Positions 27,523-37,433 of a stretch of 64,000 nt of DNA are shown piece after piece; positions within the stretch are counted from its first letter, which is position 1, and the number at the start of each line of letters is the position of its first letter. The notes beneath the pieces are model-generated. The model had not been told where the DNA came from and made no database searches. It worked only from the letters and a program-made list of their open reading frames with translations. The translations under genes and the position numbers were made by a program. The DNA is from an uncultured Candidatus Nemicrothrix sp. (lineage in GTDB: Bacteria > Actinomycetota > Acidimicrobiia > Acidimicrobiales > Aldehydirespiratoraceae): positions 1,753-65,752 of the forward strand of contig CAZDEB010000011.1 of the NCBI GenBank assembly GCA_964504305.1, written 5' to 3'.

Positions 27523-28334
27523 CCGAATACGAAAGCATCAGCGTTGAGTACGACGGCCACGTGGCTTGGGTGACGCTCAATCGGCCCGCTGCCTACAACG
27601 CCTTCAATCCCACTATGCAAGCCGATTTGAAGGCCGCGTGGCGCAGCTTTCGGACCGACGACAATGTCAGAGCGATTGTTTTGACGGCCGCTGGCTCCAA
27701 AGCGTTTTGTGTGGGGATCGACCGTAACGAGGCCGAGTTCACGAACCTGTCGGGAAGCGAACAGCTTTACGGCACGTCGAACAACTTCATGTACGACGAT
27801 CCCGGCGACGATCTGGGGCCCAAATCCTGCGATCTTTGGAAGCCGGTTATTTGCGCAGTGAACGGCATGGCCTGCGGCGGAGCGTTCTACATGTTGGCCG
27901 AGGCCGACATCATCATCTCGGCGGACCACGCCACGTTCTTTGACCCTCACGTCACCTACGGCATGGCCGCGGTCTACGAGCCGATCAAAATGCTGCAACG
28001 TATGCCGTTGGGCGAAGTGCTGCGGATGTCGCTGCTGGGCAATCACGAACGGATGTCGGCCCAGACCGCTCACCGCATCGGCCTGGTGAGCGAGGTTTGT
28101 GATGGCGACGAACTATTGGCGAGAGCAAAGTGGCTGGCCGACTCGATTGCGTCGCAGCCGCCCATTGGGGTGCAGGCAACGATGCGAGCAGTGTGGGCGG
28201 CCAGCGACCTGGGGCCCAAGAACGCACTGTCGATGGGCCCAGCACTGCTCACCACCGGGTTTGACCGGGCCGCGATAGAGGCCGGGGGAGAGGCATTCTC
28301 GACCGGCGCTCGGATCGAACCCGAGGTGCGCTGA
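27519..28334 (+). CDS. enoyl-CoA hydratase/isomerase (crotonase) family protein
   Basis: MTEYESISVEYDGHVAWVTLNRPAAYNAFN ..., and AVNGMACGGAFYMLAEADI. The ATG at 27519 overlaps the upstream stop (ATGA); the track extension back to 27189 was trimmed. Confidence 0.85.
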   Translation: MTEYESISVEYDGHVAWVTLNRPAAYNAFNPTMQADLKAAWRSFRTDDNVRAIVLTAAGSKAFCVGIDRNEAEFTNLSGSEQLYGTSNNFMYDDPGDDLGPKSCDLWKPVICAVNGMACGGAFYMLAEADIIISADHATFFDPHVTYGMAAVYEPIKMLQRMPLGEVLRMSLLGNHERMSAQTAHRIGLVSEVCDGDELLARAKWLADSIASQPPIGVQATMRAVWAASDLGPKNALSMGPALLTTGFDRAAIEAGGEAFSTGARIEPEVR

Positions 28335-28387
28335 GTCGCCTCGGCCAACCCAGCACCGCAGGGTAGAGATCGAGATCGTTGTCGAGA

Positions 28388-28801
28388 TCAGGCGCCGAGT
28401 CGGGCGCGGGCGGCGGCGCTCATGTCGAGCAGGCGCTGAGGGATTGCCACGCCGTTGACCGTTGCTCCGCCGCTGGCCGCTGAACTACCAGAAGCGGCGT
28501 CGTCGGGCGCGTTGGATGCCGCCTCGGCTGCTGCCTCGGCTGCAGCGGCTGCTGCTATTGCTTCGCGGTCTCGCAACACGAGGAAGGTGTCGTAGTCCTT
28601 CAGCCCAACAAGTGATTGATGGCTGATGTGGCCTGCCGACGAGCCGTCGGCGAAACGAACCCAGTAGCGCTTCCAGGTGACCCCGTTGGCCAGGGCAACC
28701 TTGCCGCTGGTGCCTGCTGGGTAACCGGGGATGTCGTCTACGAGCCTGACTTTTTGTCCCGGCTTGAAGAGGCGGCCTTGAAGTTCTGCGGTGGTGGACA
28801 C
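28388..28801 (-). CDS. hypothetical protein (137 aa) with an Ala-rich linker
   Basis: ORF with plausible composition (KPGQKVRLVDDIPGYPAGTSGKVALANGVTWKRYWVRF). No family recognised. Confidence 0.5.
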   Translation of the reverse strand: MSTTAELQGRLFKPGQKVRLVDDIPGYPAGTSGKVALANGVTWKRYWVRFADGSSAGHISHQSLVGLKDYDTFLVLRDREAIAAAAAAEAAAEAASNAPDDAASGSSAASGGATVNGVAIPQRLLDMSAAARARLGA

Positions 28802-28874
28802 GAGGCGAAAATCTAGCCGTTTCGCGCCGCCAACGCCGACATCGGTACTATTCGGTCATAACCGGAGGTCCACC

Positions 28875-30065
28875 ATGACAGCTGAGCAGCTCGATTTTGT
28901 CCCCTTTGACGCCGACAACCACTACTACGAAGCGCTCGACGCATTCACTCGACACGTACCGGCCGCTATGCAGCCAAGAGTCGTCCAGTGGATCGACATT
29001 GGTGGACGTCAACACCATCTGGTGGGCGGAAAGCTGTGCAAAGCGGTAGCCAATCCGACGTGGGATCCGATTGCCAAACCCGGAGCGTTACGCCCCTATT
29101 TCGAAGGAAACCCCGAACGTCTCAACCCTCTCGACATGCTGAAAGATCGAGAGCCGTTGCCCGCCTATTACATGGACCCGGCCGAGCGGGTGAAGGTCGT
29201 CGAGCAGCAGGGCCTGCAAGCAGTGTGGCTATTCCCGACGTTGGGCGTGCTGTACGAAGAACTCATCAAACACGACACTGCCGCGGTTGTCACCCTGATG
29301 CAGGCTTTCAACCAGTGGATGCACGACGACTGGACCTACAACTTCGACAACAAGATTTTTGCCGCTCCCTACATCACGTTTGCCGATGTCGATGCGGCCG
29401 TTGCCGAGGTCGACAAAGTTCTGGGCCTTGGCGCCCAGGTTTTGGTGATGCGCCCCGCTCCGGTCACCACGGCCACTGGCGTGTTGTCGCCGTTCAACGA
29501 AGCGTTTGACCCGGTCTGGGCTCGCATCAACGAAGCGGGAGTCACGGTGGTGATCCACGCATCGGACGCCGGCTATTCGTCCAATGGCTACGCCGACGAC
29601 CGGTTTTCTTCGGTCGGTATGGGCAGCGGTGCCGGCCCCAACTTGCGGGGTTTCGCCATCGAACGAGCCGCTCAGGACTGGCTCATCCAAGCGATCTTCG
29701 AAAAACTTTTCGACCGATTCCCGAACCTGCGGGTTGGTTCGGTCGAGAACGGATCAGACTTTTTGGCGCCAATGTTTCGCAAGTTCGATCAAACGGCCAA
29801 GAAGTCGTACTGGTGGTTCAAGGATCATCCGATCGACACCTTCAAGAAACATGTCTGGATGAATCCGTTTTGGGAGGATGACGTCAACGAGGTTGTCGAA
29901 TTGATGGGCTCGGATCGGGTCATCTTCGGTTCGGATTGGCCTCACATCGAAGGCATGCCGTCTCCGCTCGACTACGTGGTCGAGTTGAAGAACTTCGACC
30001 CCGAGCAAAAGCGGCAGATCTTGCTCGACAACGTGAGCTTTCTCAACACCCCCCAGCCCCTCTAG
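28875..30065 (+). CDS. amidohydrolase-2 (ACMSD-like) family metal-dependent hydrolase
   Basis: FDADNHYYE N-terminus and FGSDWPHIEG near the C-terminus. ggagg RBS 6 nt upstream of the ATG at 28875. Confidence 0.75.
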   Translation: MTAEQLDFVPFDADNHYYEALDAFTRHVPAAMQPRVVQWIDIGGRQHHLVGGKLCKAVANPTWDPIAKPGALRPYFEGNPERLNPLDMLKDREPLPAYYMDPAERVKVVEQQGLQAVWLFPTLGVLYEELIKHDTAAVVTLMQAFNQWMHDDWTYNFDNKIFAAPYITFADVDAAVAEVDKVLGLGAQVLVMRPAPVTTATGVLSPFNEAFDPVWARINEAGVTVVIHASDAGYSSNGYADDRFSSVGMGSGAGPNLRGFAIERAAQDWLIQAIFEKLFDRFPNLRVGSVENGSDFLAPMFRKFDQTAKKSYWWFKDHPIDTFKKHVWMNPFWEDDVNEVVELMGSDRVIFGSDWPHIEGMPSPLDYVVELKNFDPEQKRQILLDNVSFLNTPQPL

Positions 30066-30083
30066 CTCGACGGTGAAGCGGCC

Positions 30084-30965
30084 ATGACCGATCAACATCA
30101 GGACCACTCGGGGTCGGGTCGGGCTCTTTGGGGCGCAACCGCGGCCAACTCGGTCTTGTTGGTGGTTCAAGTCGTGGGGGCGGTCACCTTCGGCTCGGTC
30201 GCGTTACTCGCCGACTCGGTCCATCAGGCATCCGATGTCGTGTCGCTGTTATTGGCGGTGGTCATCGCCTCGCTTGTCGCCCGACCGGCGTCGAGTCGCT
30301 ACACGTTCGGGTTCCGGCGCGCCGATGCTCTGGGTGGACTGGTTCATGCCGCGCTGTTGATCGCTGGCGCGGCCTTTGTCGGTCTCGAATCGGTCGACCG
30401 ATTCAGTGGCGACCACCAAATCGACGGTCTCGGAGTCATCATTGTTGCCATCGGCGGCCTGATCGTGAACGGCGCGACGGCCCGCTGGTTGCACGGTGCC
30501 CATGGCCATTCCCTCAACGTCGAAGGGGCGGTGCTGCATTTGGTCGCCGACGCTCTCGGTTCGTTGGCGGTGCTGATCGGCGGCATTGCCTTTGTGATCA
30601 CCGACGAGCCGCTGGTCGATGCATTGGCGTCGCTGGTGGTGGTGGTTTTGATCATCGGCTCGGCGATACAGCTCACGCGGTCGTCTCTGCACGTTTTGTT
30701 GGACGGCGTGCCCCGCGGGGTGGACGTGGACGAACTCCGCCTGCTGCTCCTCGACGACCCGATGGTCACCGAAGCTCATCACCTGCACGTGCGCACACTT
30801 GACGGCTCGACGCTGAGCCTCACCGCCCACGTTCAAGTCGACACCGAAGACCTTCACCAAGCTCAGGTTGTAACCGATCGTCTTGGGGTAGCCCTCGCCG
30901 TGGCGGGCATCGGCCACGTCACCCTGCAGGCCGAATGCCATCCATGTGACGACGCCGACTGCTGA
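30084..30965 (+). CDS. cation diffusion facilitator (CDF) family metal efflux transporter
   Basis: LLADSVHQASDV and HLVADALGS (the HxxxD pairs of TM2/TM5), six hydrophobic segments, and a His/Cys-containing C-terminus. Confidence 0.85.
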   Translation: MTDQHQDHSGSGRALWGATAANSVLLVVQVVGAVTFGSVALLADSVHQASDVVSLLLAVVIASLVARPASSRYTFGFRRADALGGLVHAALLIAGAAFVGLESVDRFSGDHQIDGLGVIIVAIGGLIVNGATARWLHGAHGHSLNVEGAVLHLVADALGSLAVLIGGIAFVITDEPLVDALASLVVVVLIIGSAIQLTRSSLHVLLDGVPRGVDVDELRLLLLDDPMVTEAHHLHVRTLDGSTLSLTAHVQVDTEDLHQAQVVTDRLGVALAVAGIGHVTLQAECHPCDDADC

Positions 30966-31021
30966 GCACCTGATAGCTCGCTCGGCTTTTACTACATGTG
31001 AACGCTCGCTAACATAGGAAC

Positions 31022-32272
31022 ATGTCGGAGATGAGCGCTGAAGAAGTCCGGGCCGAAGTAGAAGCGTGGCTCGACGCCAACTGGGATGAAGATCTCACAG
31101 TGGGCGATTGGTGGGACCGCTTGGGTCCGTCGGGTTACGCCCACCCGATTTTGGCCGAGAATGCCTATGGCAAAGGCTGGGGCCGGACTCAAGCTGCGGC
31201 CGTCATGGCCACGATGGCCGATCGGGGAGTTATGGGTCCGCCGAGCGGTCTCGGCCGCATGCTGGCCGCACCAACCATCGCCACCCACGGGACCCAAGAA
31301 CAAATCGACGAGTTCATCCCGCCGATCCTTGATGGATCGGTCGGATGGTGCCAGCTGTTCTCTGAGCCGGGCGCCGGTTCAGACCTGGCGGGGCTCAGCA
31401 CCAAGGCCGAAAAAGACGGTGACGAATGGGTCATCACTGGCCAAAAGGTCTGGACTTCAGGCGGTCAGATAGCCGATATGGGCATGCTCATCGCCCGAAC
31501 CGATCCCAACGCTCCCAAACATCGGGGCATTACCTGGTTTGCCTTCGACATGCATCAGCCCGGGGTTGTTGTGCGCCCTTTGGTTGAGATGACCGGCTCC
31601 GCGATGTTCAACGAAGTGTTCATAGACGAAGCTCGCGTGCCTGATGCCAACATCATCGGGGGGCTCAACCAGGGATGGGCCGCGGCCAATACGACCTTGA
31701 TGTTCGAGCGAGCATCGCTTGGCTCGGCGGGCAAGACTCCGCCCAGTGCTTCAGGTTCGGGGATGCGAAGCGTTCGCCACCGTCAGGTGAAGGAGTTCAT
31801 CAACAAGGTTGGTGGCGAGGCCGGTTTGCCCCCGATAGGGATAAGGCTCTGGCAACGATTCGTGGACGTCGCCAGAAAGTCGGGACGCCTCGACGACGCC
31901 GTGCTGCGACAAGAACTCACCAAGCTCTACACCCTCATCGAGGTCAACCGCATGTCTGGTCTGCGAGCCAAAGACCCGGGGCAGCGCACCGGCGCCGAAC
32001 CCAACATTGGCAAGCTGGTAATGAGCGACCTCTTTCGAACGTTCCGCGAGGTCGGCAATCAGATCATCGGCGCCGACGGCATGCTCAAGGGGCCGGATGA
32101 GCCTCAGACCGACGGGGTCATTGCCGAGCTCACCATGTTCTCGCCCGGCCCGTCGATTTACGGCGGCACCGACCAGATCCAGCGAAACATCATTGGCGAA
32201 CGAATCCTCGGTTTGCCCCGCGAACCGGGGCCGGGCAAGGACACGCCATTTCGGGACCTGCCGAAGAACTAA
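31022..32272 (+). CDS. acyl-CoA dehydrogenase family protein
   Basis: WCQLFSEPGAGSDLAGLSTKAEKDGDEWVITGQKVWTSGG and IYGGTDQIQRNIIGERILGLP. Confidence 0.9.
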   Translation: MSEMSAEEVRAEVEAWLDANWDEDLTVGDWWDRLGPSGYAHPILAENAYGKGWGRTQAAAVMATMADRGVMGPPSGLGRMLAAPTIATHGTQEQIDEFIPPILDGSVGWCQLFSEPGAGSDLAGLSTKAEKDGDEWVITGQKVWTSGGQIADMGMLIARTDPNAPKHRGITWFAFDMHQPGVVVRPLVEMTGSAMFNEVFIDEARVPDANIIGGLNQGWAAANTTLMFERASLGSAGKTPPSASGSGMRSVRHRQVKEFINKVGGEAGLPPIGIRLWQRFVDVARKSGRLDDAVLRQELTKLYTLIEVNRMSGLRAKDPGQRTGAEPNIGKLVMSDLFRTFREVGNQIIGADGMLKGPDEPQTDGVIAELTMFSPGPSIYGGTDQIQRNIIGERILGLPREPGPGKDTPFRDLPKN

Positions 32273-32317
32273 AGCCAGTAGGCGCGCGTTGTGGCGTAGC
32301 TGGGGCACAATCGTGCC

Positions 32318-33436
32318 ATGGCCAAGCCGGAACCGATCGTTGCGATTACCGCCGATGGGGTAGATCTCACCGCGTCGAGTTATGGCGCGAAGGCGGTTGG
32401 GCTTCAGAAGCTGATGCGGCTCGGCTTGCGCGTTCCGCCGGCCTTCGTCGTGTCGGTCGAGGCCGCGCCGGCGGTCGCCAGCGGTGATCATCGCCCTTTG
32501 CTGCAATCGACCGTGGCGGCGCTCGCGGCGAGCAAGGACGATCGGTTGGCAGTTCGATCCGGAGCCGAGTTCTCTCTGCCCGGTGCCTTCGAGACGATGC
32601 TCGACGTGGTGCCCGAAGTAACTCAAGCCGCGGTTGCCGCAGTCGTCGAGTCGAGTCACGGTTTACGGGTGTCCACTATTGCCGCGGCTATGGGCCACGA
32701 CCGCGTGCCGGAAACTGCGGTGGTTATTCAGCGCCAAGTTGACGCCACCCTGGATAGCCGTTCGGGGTCGGGCGCCGCCAGTTCGCGTCATCCGGTAACC
32801 GGCGTGCGGGGTGTGAACGGCTCGTTTGTTTGGCAAACCAGCGGCGACGCGGTGATGGCGGGCACGGTGCCGGTGATGGCGCTCGATGCGATGGCGAGCC
32901 GTCTGCCGGATGTGTTCGAGGAGCTCTCGCAAGCCCTGGCTCGCTTGGACCGTGAGTTGGATTCGGCGGTCGAGCTCGAGTTCACCGTCGAGTCGGGGGT
33001 GCTGTGGCATCTCCAGCTGCGTCAGTTCGTGGTCACGCCACCAGATGCCGATCAGCTTCCGGGCCGAGCCGAAGTGCTGGCCTCGGGATTGGCAGCGTCG
33101 GCGGGGATCGGTTACGGATTTCTACACGTCGACGTTGACGATGCGCTCGACGCCATCGAGGCCGGTCAGCCGGTGGTGCTCGCGATCGAGACCAGCTCGC
33201 CTGCCGATGTCGGAGCGATGACCAAGGTCGCCGGGGTGATGACGGTTCTGGGTGGTCGGGAGAGCCATGCAGCGGTCGTAACCCGATCGGCAGGTGTTCC
33301 GGCGGTGTTGGCTGTTCAAGGGCTCGAGATCGGCGCCGATCATATTGTGTTGGGAGGCCGTCGGGTTGATGCCGGGACCGAGCTTTGGGTGGACGGCACA
33401 ACCGGCCGAGTCGCGGGACTGAGGTCGAGACCGTGA
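32318..33436 (+). CDS. small PEP/pyruvate-binding (PPDK_N-like) plus PEP-utilising swivel-domain protein
   Basis: N-terminal SSYGAKAVGLQKLMRLGLRVPPAFVV and C-terminal phosphohistidine swivel motif GVMTVLGGRESHAAVVTRSAGVPAV. Only 372 aa, with no recognisable C-terminal substrate domain. Confidence 0.6.
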   Translation: MAKPEPIVAITADGVDLTASSYGAKAVGLQKLMRLGLRVPPAFVVSVEAAPAVASGDHRPLLQSTVAALAASKDDRLAVRSGAEFSLPGAFETMLDVVPEVTQAAVAAVVESSHGLRVSTIAAAMGHDRVPETAVVIQRQVDATLDSRSGSGAASSRHPVTGVRGVNGSFVWQTSGDAVMAGTVPVMALDAMASRLPDVFEELSQALARLDRELDSAVELEFTVESGVLWHLQLRQFVVTPPDADQLPGRAEVLASGLAASAGIGYGFLHVDVDDALDAIEAGQPVVLAIETSSPADVGAMTKVAGVMTVLGGRESHAAVVTRSAGVPAVLAVQGLEIGADHIVLGGRRVDAGTELWVDGTTGRVAGLRSRP

Positions 33437-34098
33437 CCAGTCCCGCAGAGCAATCGCCCAATCTTCGAGCGGCTTATTCGCTCCAGACCCCCGACGACAA
33501 TCGTCGCTTGTACGCCGAGTGGGCCGACAACTACGATGAAACGTTCGTGGCGGCAACCGGCTACGTCTACCACCAACAGGTTGCGCAGATATTTTCGGCG
33601 GCGGCGGCGGCCGTCGCTAGCCCGGCCGGCCCGGTACTCGATGTCGGCTGCGGTACCGGACTAGTGGGCGTCGCTCTCGCGGCCCAACTCAAAGATGGTG
33701 TCACCGCTGTTGACGGGGTGGACATCTCGCCGGAAATGCTCGAGCAGGCCGCGACCACCGGCGTTTATCGGCGATTGTTCGAAGCCGACCTCACGGTCGG
33801 CATCGATATTGGCGACAGCACCTACGCCGGGCTGGTGTCGGCCGGCACGTTTACTCATGGCCATCTCAGCGCCGACCCTCTAAGCGAGTTGATCAGAGTC
33901 GGCCGGCCCGGAGCAGTAGCGGTGATTGGCGTGAACGCCGCTCACTGGGAAGATCACGGCTTTGCCGATTGGTTCGAGGACGCCGCGGCGCGTTCGGTAG
34001 TGTCGGAGATCTCGATACGCAAAGTGCCGGTTTACGCTCGGTCCGATCCCGACGATCCTGATCAGAACTCCAACGTCGTCACCTTTGTGATCGGGTAA
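33433..34098 (+). CDS. class I SAM-dependent methyltransferase
   Basis: VLDVGCGTGLVGVAL (motif I) and GVDISPEML. The GTG at 33433 overlaps the upstream stop (GTGA). Confidence 0.8.
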   Translation: MTSPAEQSPNLRAAYSLQTPDDNRRLYAEWADNYDETFVAATGYVYHQQVAQIFSAAAAAVASPAGPVLDVGCGTGLVGVALAAQLKDGVTAVDGVDISPEMLEQAATTGVYRRLFEADLTVGIDIGDSTYAGLVSAGTFTHGHLSADPLSELIRVGRPGAVAVIGVNAAHWEDHGFADWFEDAAARSVVSEISIRKVPVYARSDPDDPDQNSNVVTFVIG

Positions 34099-34119
34099 GC
34101 CAGCCGACCAACTGCGACT

Positions 34120-34530
34120 CTACGAGCGCGGCTCGAGCACCATGAAACTCCCGGTGGCGCTGGCCAACAGCCGCTGCTCGCGGTCGCGTGCTTCGGCCTG
34201 AAGGTGCACGATCTTTTTGCCGGCGTTGATAACCGCCGCGTGAGCAGTCACCAAACCATCGATTGCGGGGCGCATGAATCGGGTGTGGATCTCGATCGTG
34301 GTGCAGAGCTGACCAGGATCAACGACGGCCATTGTTGCTGCGCCCATGGCAGTGTCCATCAGCGCGAACAACACCGACCCGTGGGCGACCCCGTTGGGGT
34401 TCGTGTGACGATGCCCAAGATCAAGGCGGACCCAAGCTTCTTGATCGCCGTGCTCAATTTCGAACCCGAGAAGGTCCTGCAGCGGGAACTCGGCGGGCGA
34501 GGTTTCTTCTGCTTCTTCTTCTGGGGTCAA
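34120..34530 (-). CDS. PaaI-family hotdog-fold thioesterase
   Basis: TNPNGVAHGSVLFALMDTAMGAA motif. 136 aa. Confidence 0.8.
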   Translation of the reverse strand: MTPEEEAEETSPAEFPLQDLLGFEIEHGDQEAWVRLDLGHRHTNPNGVAHGSVLFALMDTAMGAATMAVVDPGQLCTTIEIHTRFMRPAIDGLVTAHAAVINAGKKIVHLQAEARDREQRLLASATGSFMVLEPRS

Positions 34531-35576
34531 GACGTTGCCGATGGATTGGGGATCTCCATCACTTCATCACCGGCCGGCGAATCTTCCCACTTGATGATGT
34601 CGATCTCTTCGAACTTGGTTCGCAGCCAGCCATCGCCCGCGTCGAGTAGGCCCAGTTTTTTGCAGTTGGGCACGATCTTGGAAAACAGCAGGCCCTGTAG
34701 TTCTTTTTGCGGGGGCAACGAGAGGATCGTGTCCATTACCCACTTGTGGTCGACGCCCAGGGCGCTCCACATTTCTTCGTTGATGGTTCTGCGACGCATG
34801 TGTTGCACCGCGGCAAAGCAGAACTCTTGACGGTCGCGGATCTCGGCGGCGCTCATGTCGGCGTAGTGCTCTTGGAGCGACATGATCCCGAAAGCTACAT
34901 GGCGGGCCTCGTCGGCCATCACGTAACGCAGCAGGTCGGCCAGGAGCGGTTCGCGGGTCGAATGACGCATCATGCCGAAGGCCGAGAGGGCCAACCCCTC
35001 GATCACGACCTGCATTCCGAGATAGACGATGTCCCAGCGGTCGTCGGTGAGAACTTCGGCCAGGAGTTGATTGAGGTCCGGGTTGATGGGGTAGGTGCCT
35101 TCGAGTTTCTCGTGCGCGTATTTGGCGAAGACCTCGACGTGACGGGCTTCGTCGACTACCTGGGTCGACGCGTAGTACTTGGCTTCGATCCACGGCACAC
35201 TCTCGACGAGGCGGCTCGTACACAACAGTGCGCCTTGCTCGCCATGGAGGAATTGGCTCATCGATGCCTTTTGGCTTTCGATGGCGAAGTTGAGGAACTC
35301 CTTTTCGCCCCAGCTGGCGATGGGTGAGTTGGGTACGTCCTTTAGCCGTCGGGCTTGCCAACCAATGGGGAAGTTTGTTGCCTGCGCGCCCTCGACCACC
35401 TCTTTTTCGGGATCGACATCGATCGACCAATCGAGATCGGTGGTGGCGTTCCACTGGTTGGCTTTGGCCTTTTCGTAGAGCCGATCGAGGCCGTCGCGCC
35501 CCCGCTCGTAGTCCCACGTGAAGGTTGTTTCGAACGCCGCGTCAAGCGATGCCGATGGTGTGTCGATCGTCAACAT
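34527..35576 (-). CDS. ferritin-like di-iron oxygenase family protein (AurF-like / DUF-type di-iron carboxylate protein)
   Basis: Two ExxH motifs, VVDEARHVEVF and VMADEARHVAFG, with further carboxylates (VVIEGLAL). Start set at the ATG at 35576, because the track ORF to 35891 overlaps the upstream gene. Confidence 0.6.
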   Translation of the reverse strand: MLTIDTPSASLDAAFETTFTWDYERGRDGLDRLYEKAKANQWNATTDLDWSIDVDPEKEVVEGAQATNFPIGWQARRLKDVPNSPIASWGEKEFLNFAIESQKASMSQFLHGEQGALLCTSRLVESVPWIEAKYYASTQVVDEARHVEVFAKYAHEKLEGTYPINPDLNQLLAEVLTDDRWDIVYLGMQVVIEGLALSAFGMMRHSTREPLLADLLRYVMADEARHVAFGIMSLQEHYADMSAAEIRDRQEFCFAAVQHMRRRTINEEMWSALGVDHKWVMDTILSLPPQKELQGLLFSKIVPNCKKLGLLDAGDGWLRTKFEEIDIIKWEDSPAGDEVMEIPNPSATS

Positions 35577-35634
35577 GACTGACACTGTAAGCCAGCGCCT
35601 GGAGAAAGGGTAAACCCCTATGGCAAAGCGCTGT

Positions 35635-37377
35635 TCACCAAGACCCGCCGCCGCCTCCGCCTCCTCCTCCACCAACGCTACCTCCGAAGCCGCCGCCCGA
35701 AGATCCTGGGGAGGTCGATGCTCCTGTCGAAGCGGCCGAGACGTGAGAACCAACTGCGACAAACAGCAGGTCGTTTCGGTAGGAGTGAGCGAACGACGGA
35801 TTGGCCGCCTCGTGGGCCCGAACCGCTTTGGTCCATGCGTCTGATTCGCCGAGAGCAACGGCCCAGGCGGTGTACTGGCGTAGCACCCCACGCGTGGCGG
35901 CCTCGTCTACGTGGCGGGCTTCGGACGTCGCGAGAAAGCGGCGGAACGATTCGACTCGTAGCCACAGAGCGCTTCCAAGCTCGGTCCGCCTCAGCAACTC
36001 GAAGGAAGTAGCGGCCAACGCGACGGCGGCCCCGAACACCGCTGCGCCAATGCCAACGAGAATCAGCCAACTTGGGTCGGTGCGATTAGCGAGCGCCGCG
36101 CCCGTGAGGGTCGACGCGATTCCCAAGATCACGCCCACCGCGGCCAGCCATCGGGCCCGTCGCCGGTTCTTGCGACCACGAGGATCCCAGTGCGCTGACC
36201 CGTGGAGCCAATCGGAGAGGTCATCCTTTAGACGCTCCCAGCCCTTCGAGAACTTGGAGTCGTACCCATCGAGTTGGAACTCGGCTCGGTTCTCGAACAT
36301 AGCGCTCAGAATCGGCGCCACGGCTGGATCAGCGACCGCCGTCCCGCGCCGCAAGGTTGGACTTTGGTCGCCTTCTATCTCGATCTCCTGGCGGATCGCC
36401 GACTCGAGAAGCCACGCCGACAAGTGTTGGTCGAGCACCTTTTCTTCGATCAGGATTCCCCCTTCTACTGAACTCATATCTCGGGGCGGTTCGAACTCGA
36501 GGGTTGCCATTTGCGCCAGATCTTTTTCGTCGACACGAGAACTGGTCAGGCCTTCGGTTGTTTCGGCAAACGCCGCGTCGGCCGCGCCGCCGTCCCACAC
36601 CCGGTCGCGACCGGCTCGGCGGGCGAAGAGGGTGGCGGCGATTGCCGCCAAGAGAGCCGAAATCAGAGCGACCAAGAACGGGGACAGAAGCCCAGAACCT
36701 GGATCGACCATCTCGCCGCTCGGCGCAACGAGGGGCTGGCCGGTAGCGCTGGGTGCGGACAGTCGTCCCGAGAGGGTCACGCCGTCGCCCGTAGCAAGCC
36801 CGTCGATCGTTGTAGTCCACTGCCCGCTACCGTGTTGGTCGATTGCGCACGGTTCTGCGTCCCCTCGGGTGCCGGTCGCGCACTGAGGCATGGTCAACGC
36901 GCCGGCGCCGGCCAGTTCGATGTGAACGTTGGAGATCCCGACGTCGAAGCGGGTGCCGATGGCGTCCCAAGCGAACGTGCCATCGCGCAACACGGCCTCG
37001 CGGTTGACGACGTAGTCGATGCGGTAACGGTGTCGCCCCGAGATGGTCCGATTGGGATCGCCGATTCGGATTTTGGTTTCGACGGAGCCTTCGGTGATCT
37101 CGGTGTCGACGGGCGCAGTTGGCGAACTGACCTCGACACTGTTGGCCGAAACATCCGGAATATCTCGGAATATGCCGTGCCGTTGCGAAGGTCCGAAGTC
37201 GTAGTCGATTACCTCGGTGACATGCAGACCCGAGTCGGTGAGCACCCCGCCGACCCAATAGCTGGTGATGCGCTCGGAGTCGCCACCAGCGGCGGCGGCG
37301 AGCGATAGCAGGCCGGCCAAAACGGCGGCCCCGATCGAGATGATCCAAGCGATTCTTCGGCGGCGAGAAATTGACAT
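35635..37377 (-). CDS. DUF2207 domain-containing membrane protein
   Basis: N-terminal signal/TM, the block VTEVIDYDFGPSQRHGIFRDIP, internal TM segments and the typical Gly-rich tail GSSGGGFGGSVGGGGGGGGGGSW. Confidence 0.75.
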   Translation of the reverse strand: MSISRRRRIAWIISIGAAVLAGLLSLAAAAGGDSERITSYWVGGVLTDSGLHVTEVIDYDFGPSQRHGIFRDIPDVSANSVEVSSPTAPVDTEITEGSVETKIRIGDPNRTISGRHRYRIDYVVNREAVLRDGTFAWDAIGTRFDVGISNVHIELAGAGALTMPQCATGTRGDAEPCAIDQHGSGQWTTTIDGLATGDGVTLSGRLSAPSATGQPLVAPSGEMVDPGSGLLSPFLVALISALLAAIAATLFARRAGRDRVWDGGAADAAFAETTEGLTSSRVDEKDLAQMATLEFEPPRDMSSVEGGILIEEKVLDQHLSAWLLESAIRQEIEIEGDQSPTLRRGTAVADPAVAPILSAMFENRAEFQLDGYDSKFSKGWERLKDDLSDWLHGSAHWDPRGRKNRRRARWLAAVGVILGIASTLTGAALANRTDPSWLILVGIGAAVFGAAVALAATSFELLRRTELGSALWLRVESFRRFLATSEARHVDEAATRGVLRQYTAWAVALGESDAWTKAVRAHEAANPSFAHSYRNDLLFVAVGSHVSAASTGASTSPGSSGGGFGGSVGGGGGGGGGGSW

Positions 37378-37433
37378 GGGTTCACGCTAGAGGGTCGCGA
37401 GTCGCCCGCGGGGTAACGTCGGCGGCCGTGGAT

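Noticed and set aside
35640-35700. GC-rich triplet repeat (ccgccgcc/tcctcc).
   Set aside because: It is explained as the coding sequence (minus strand) of the poly-Gly tail of the DUF2207 protein and is not an independent element.
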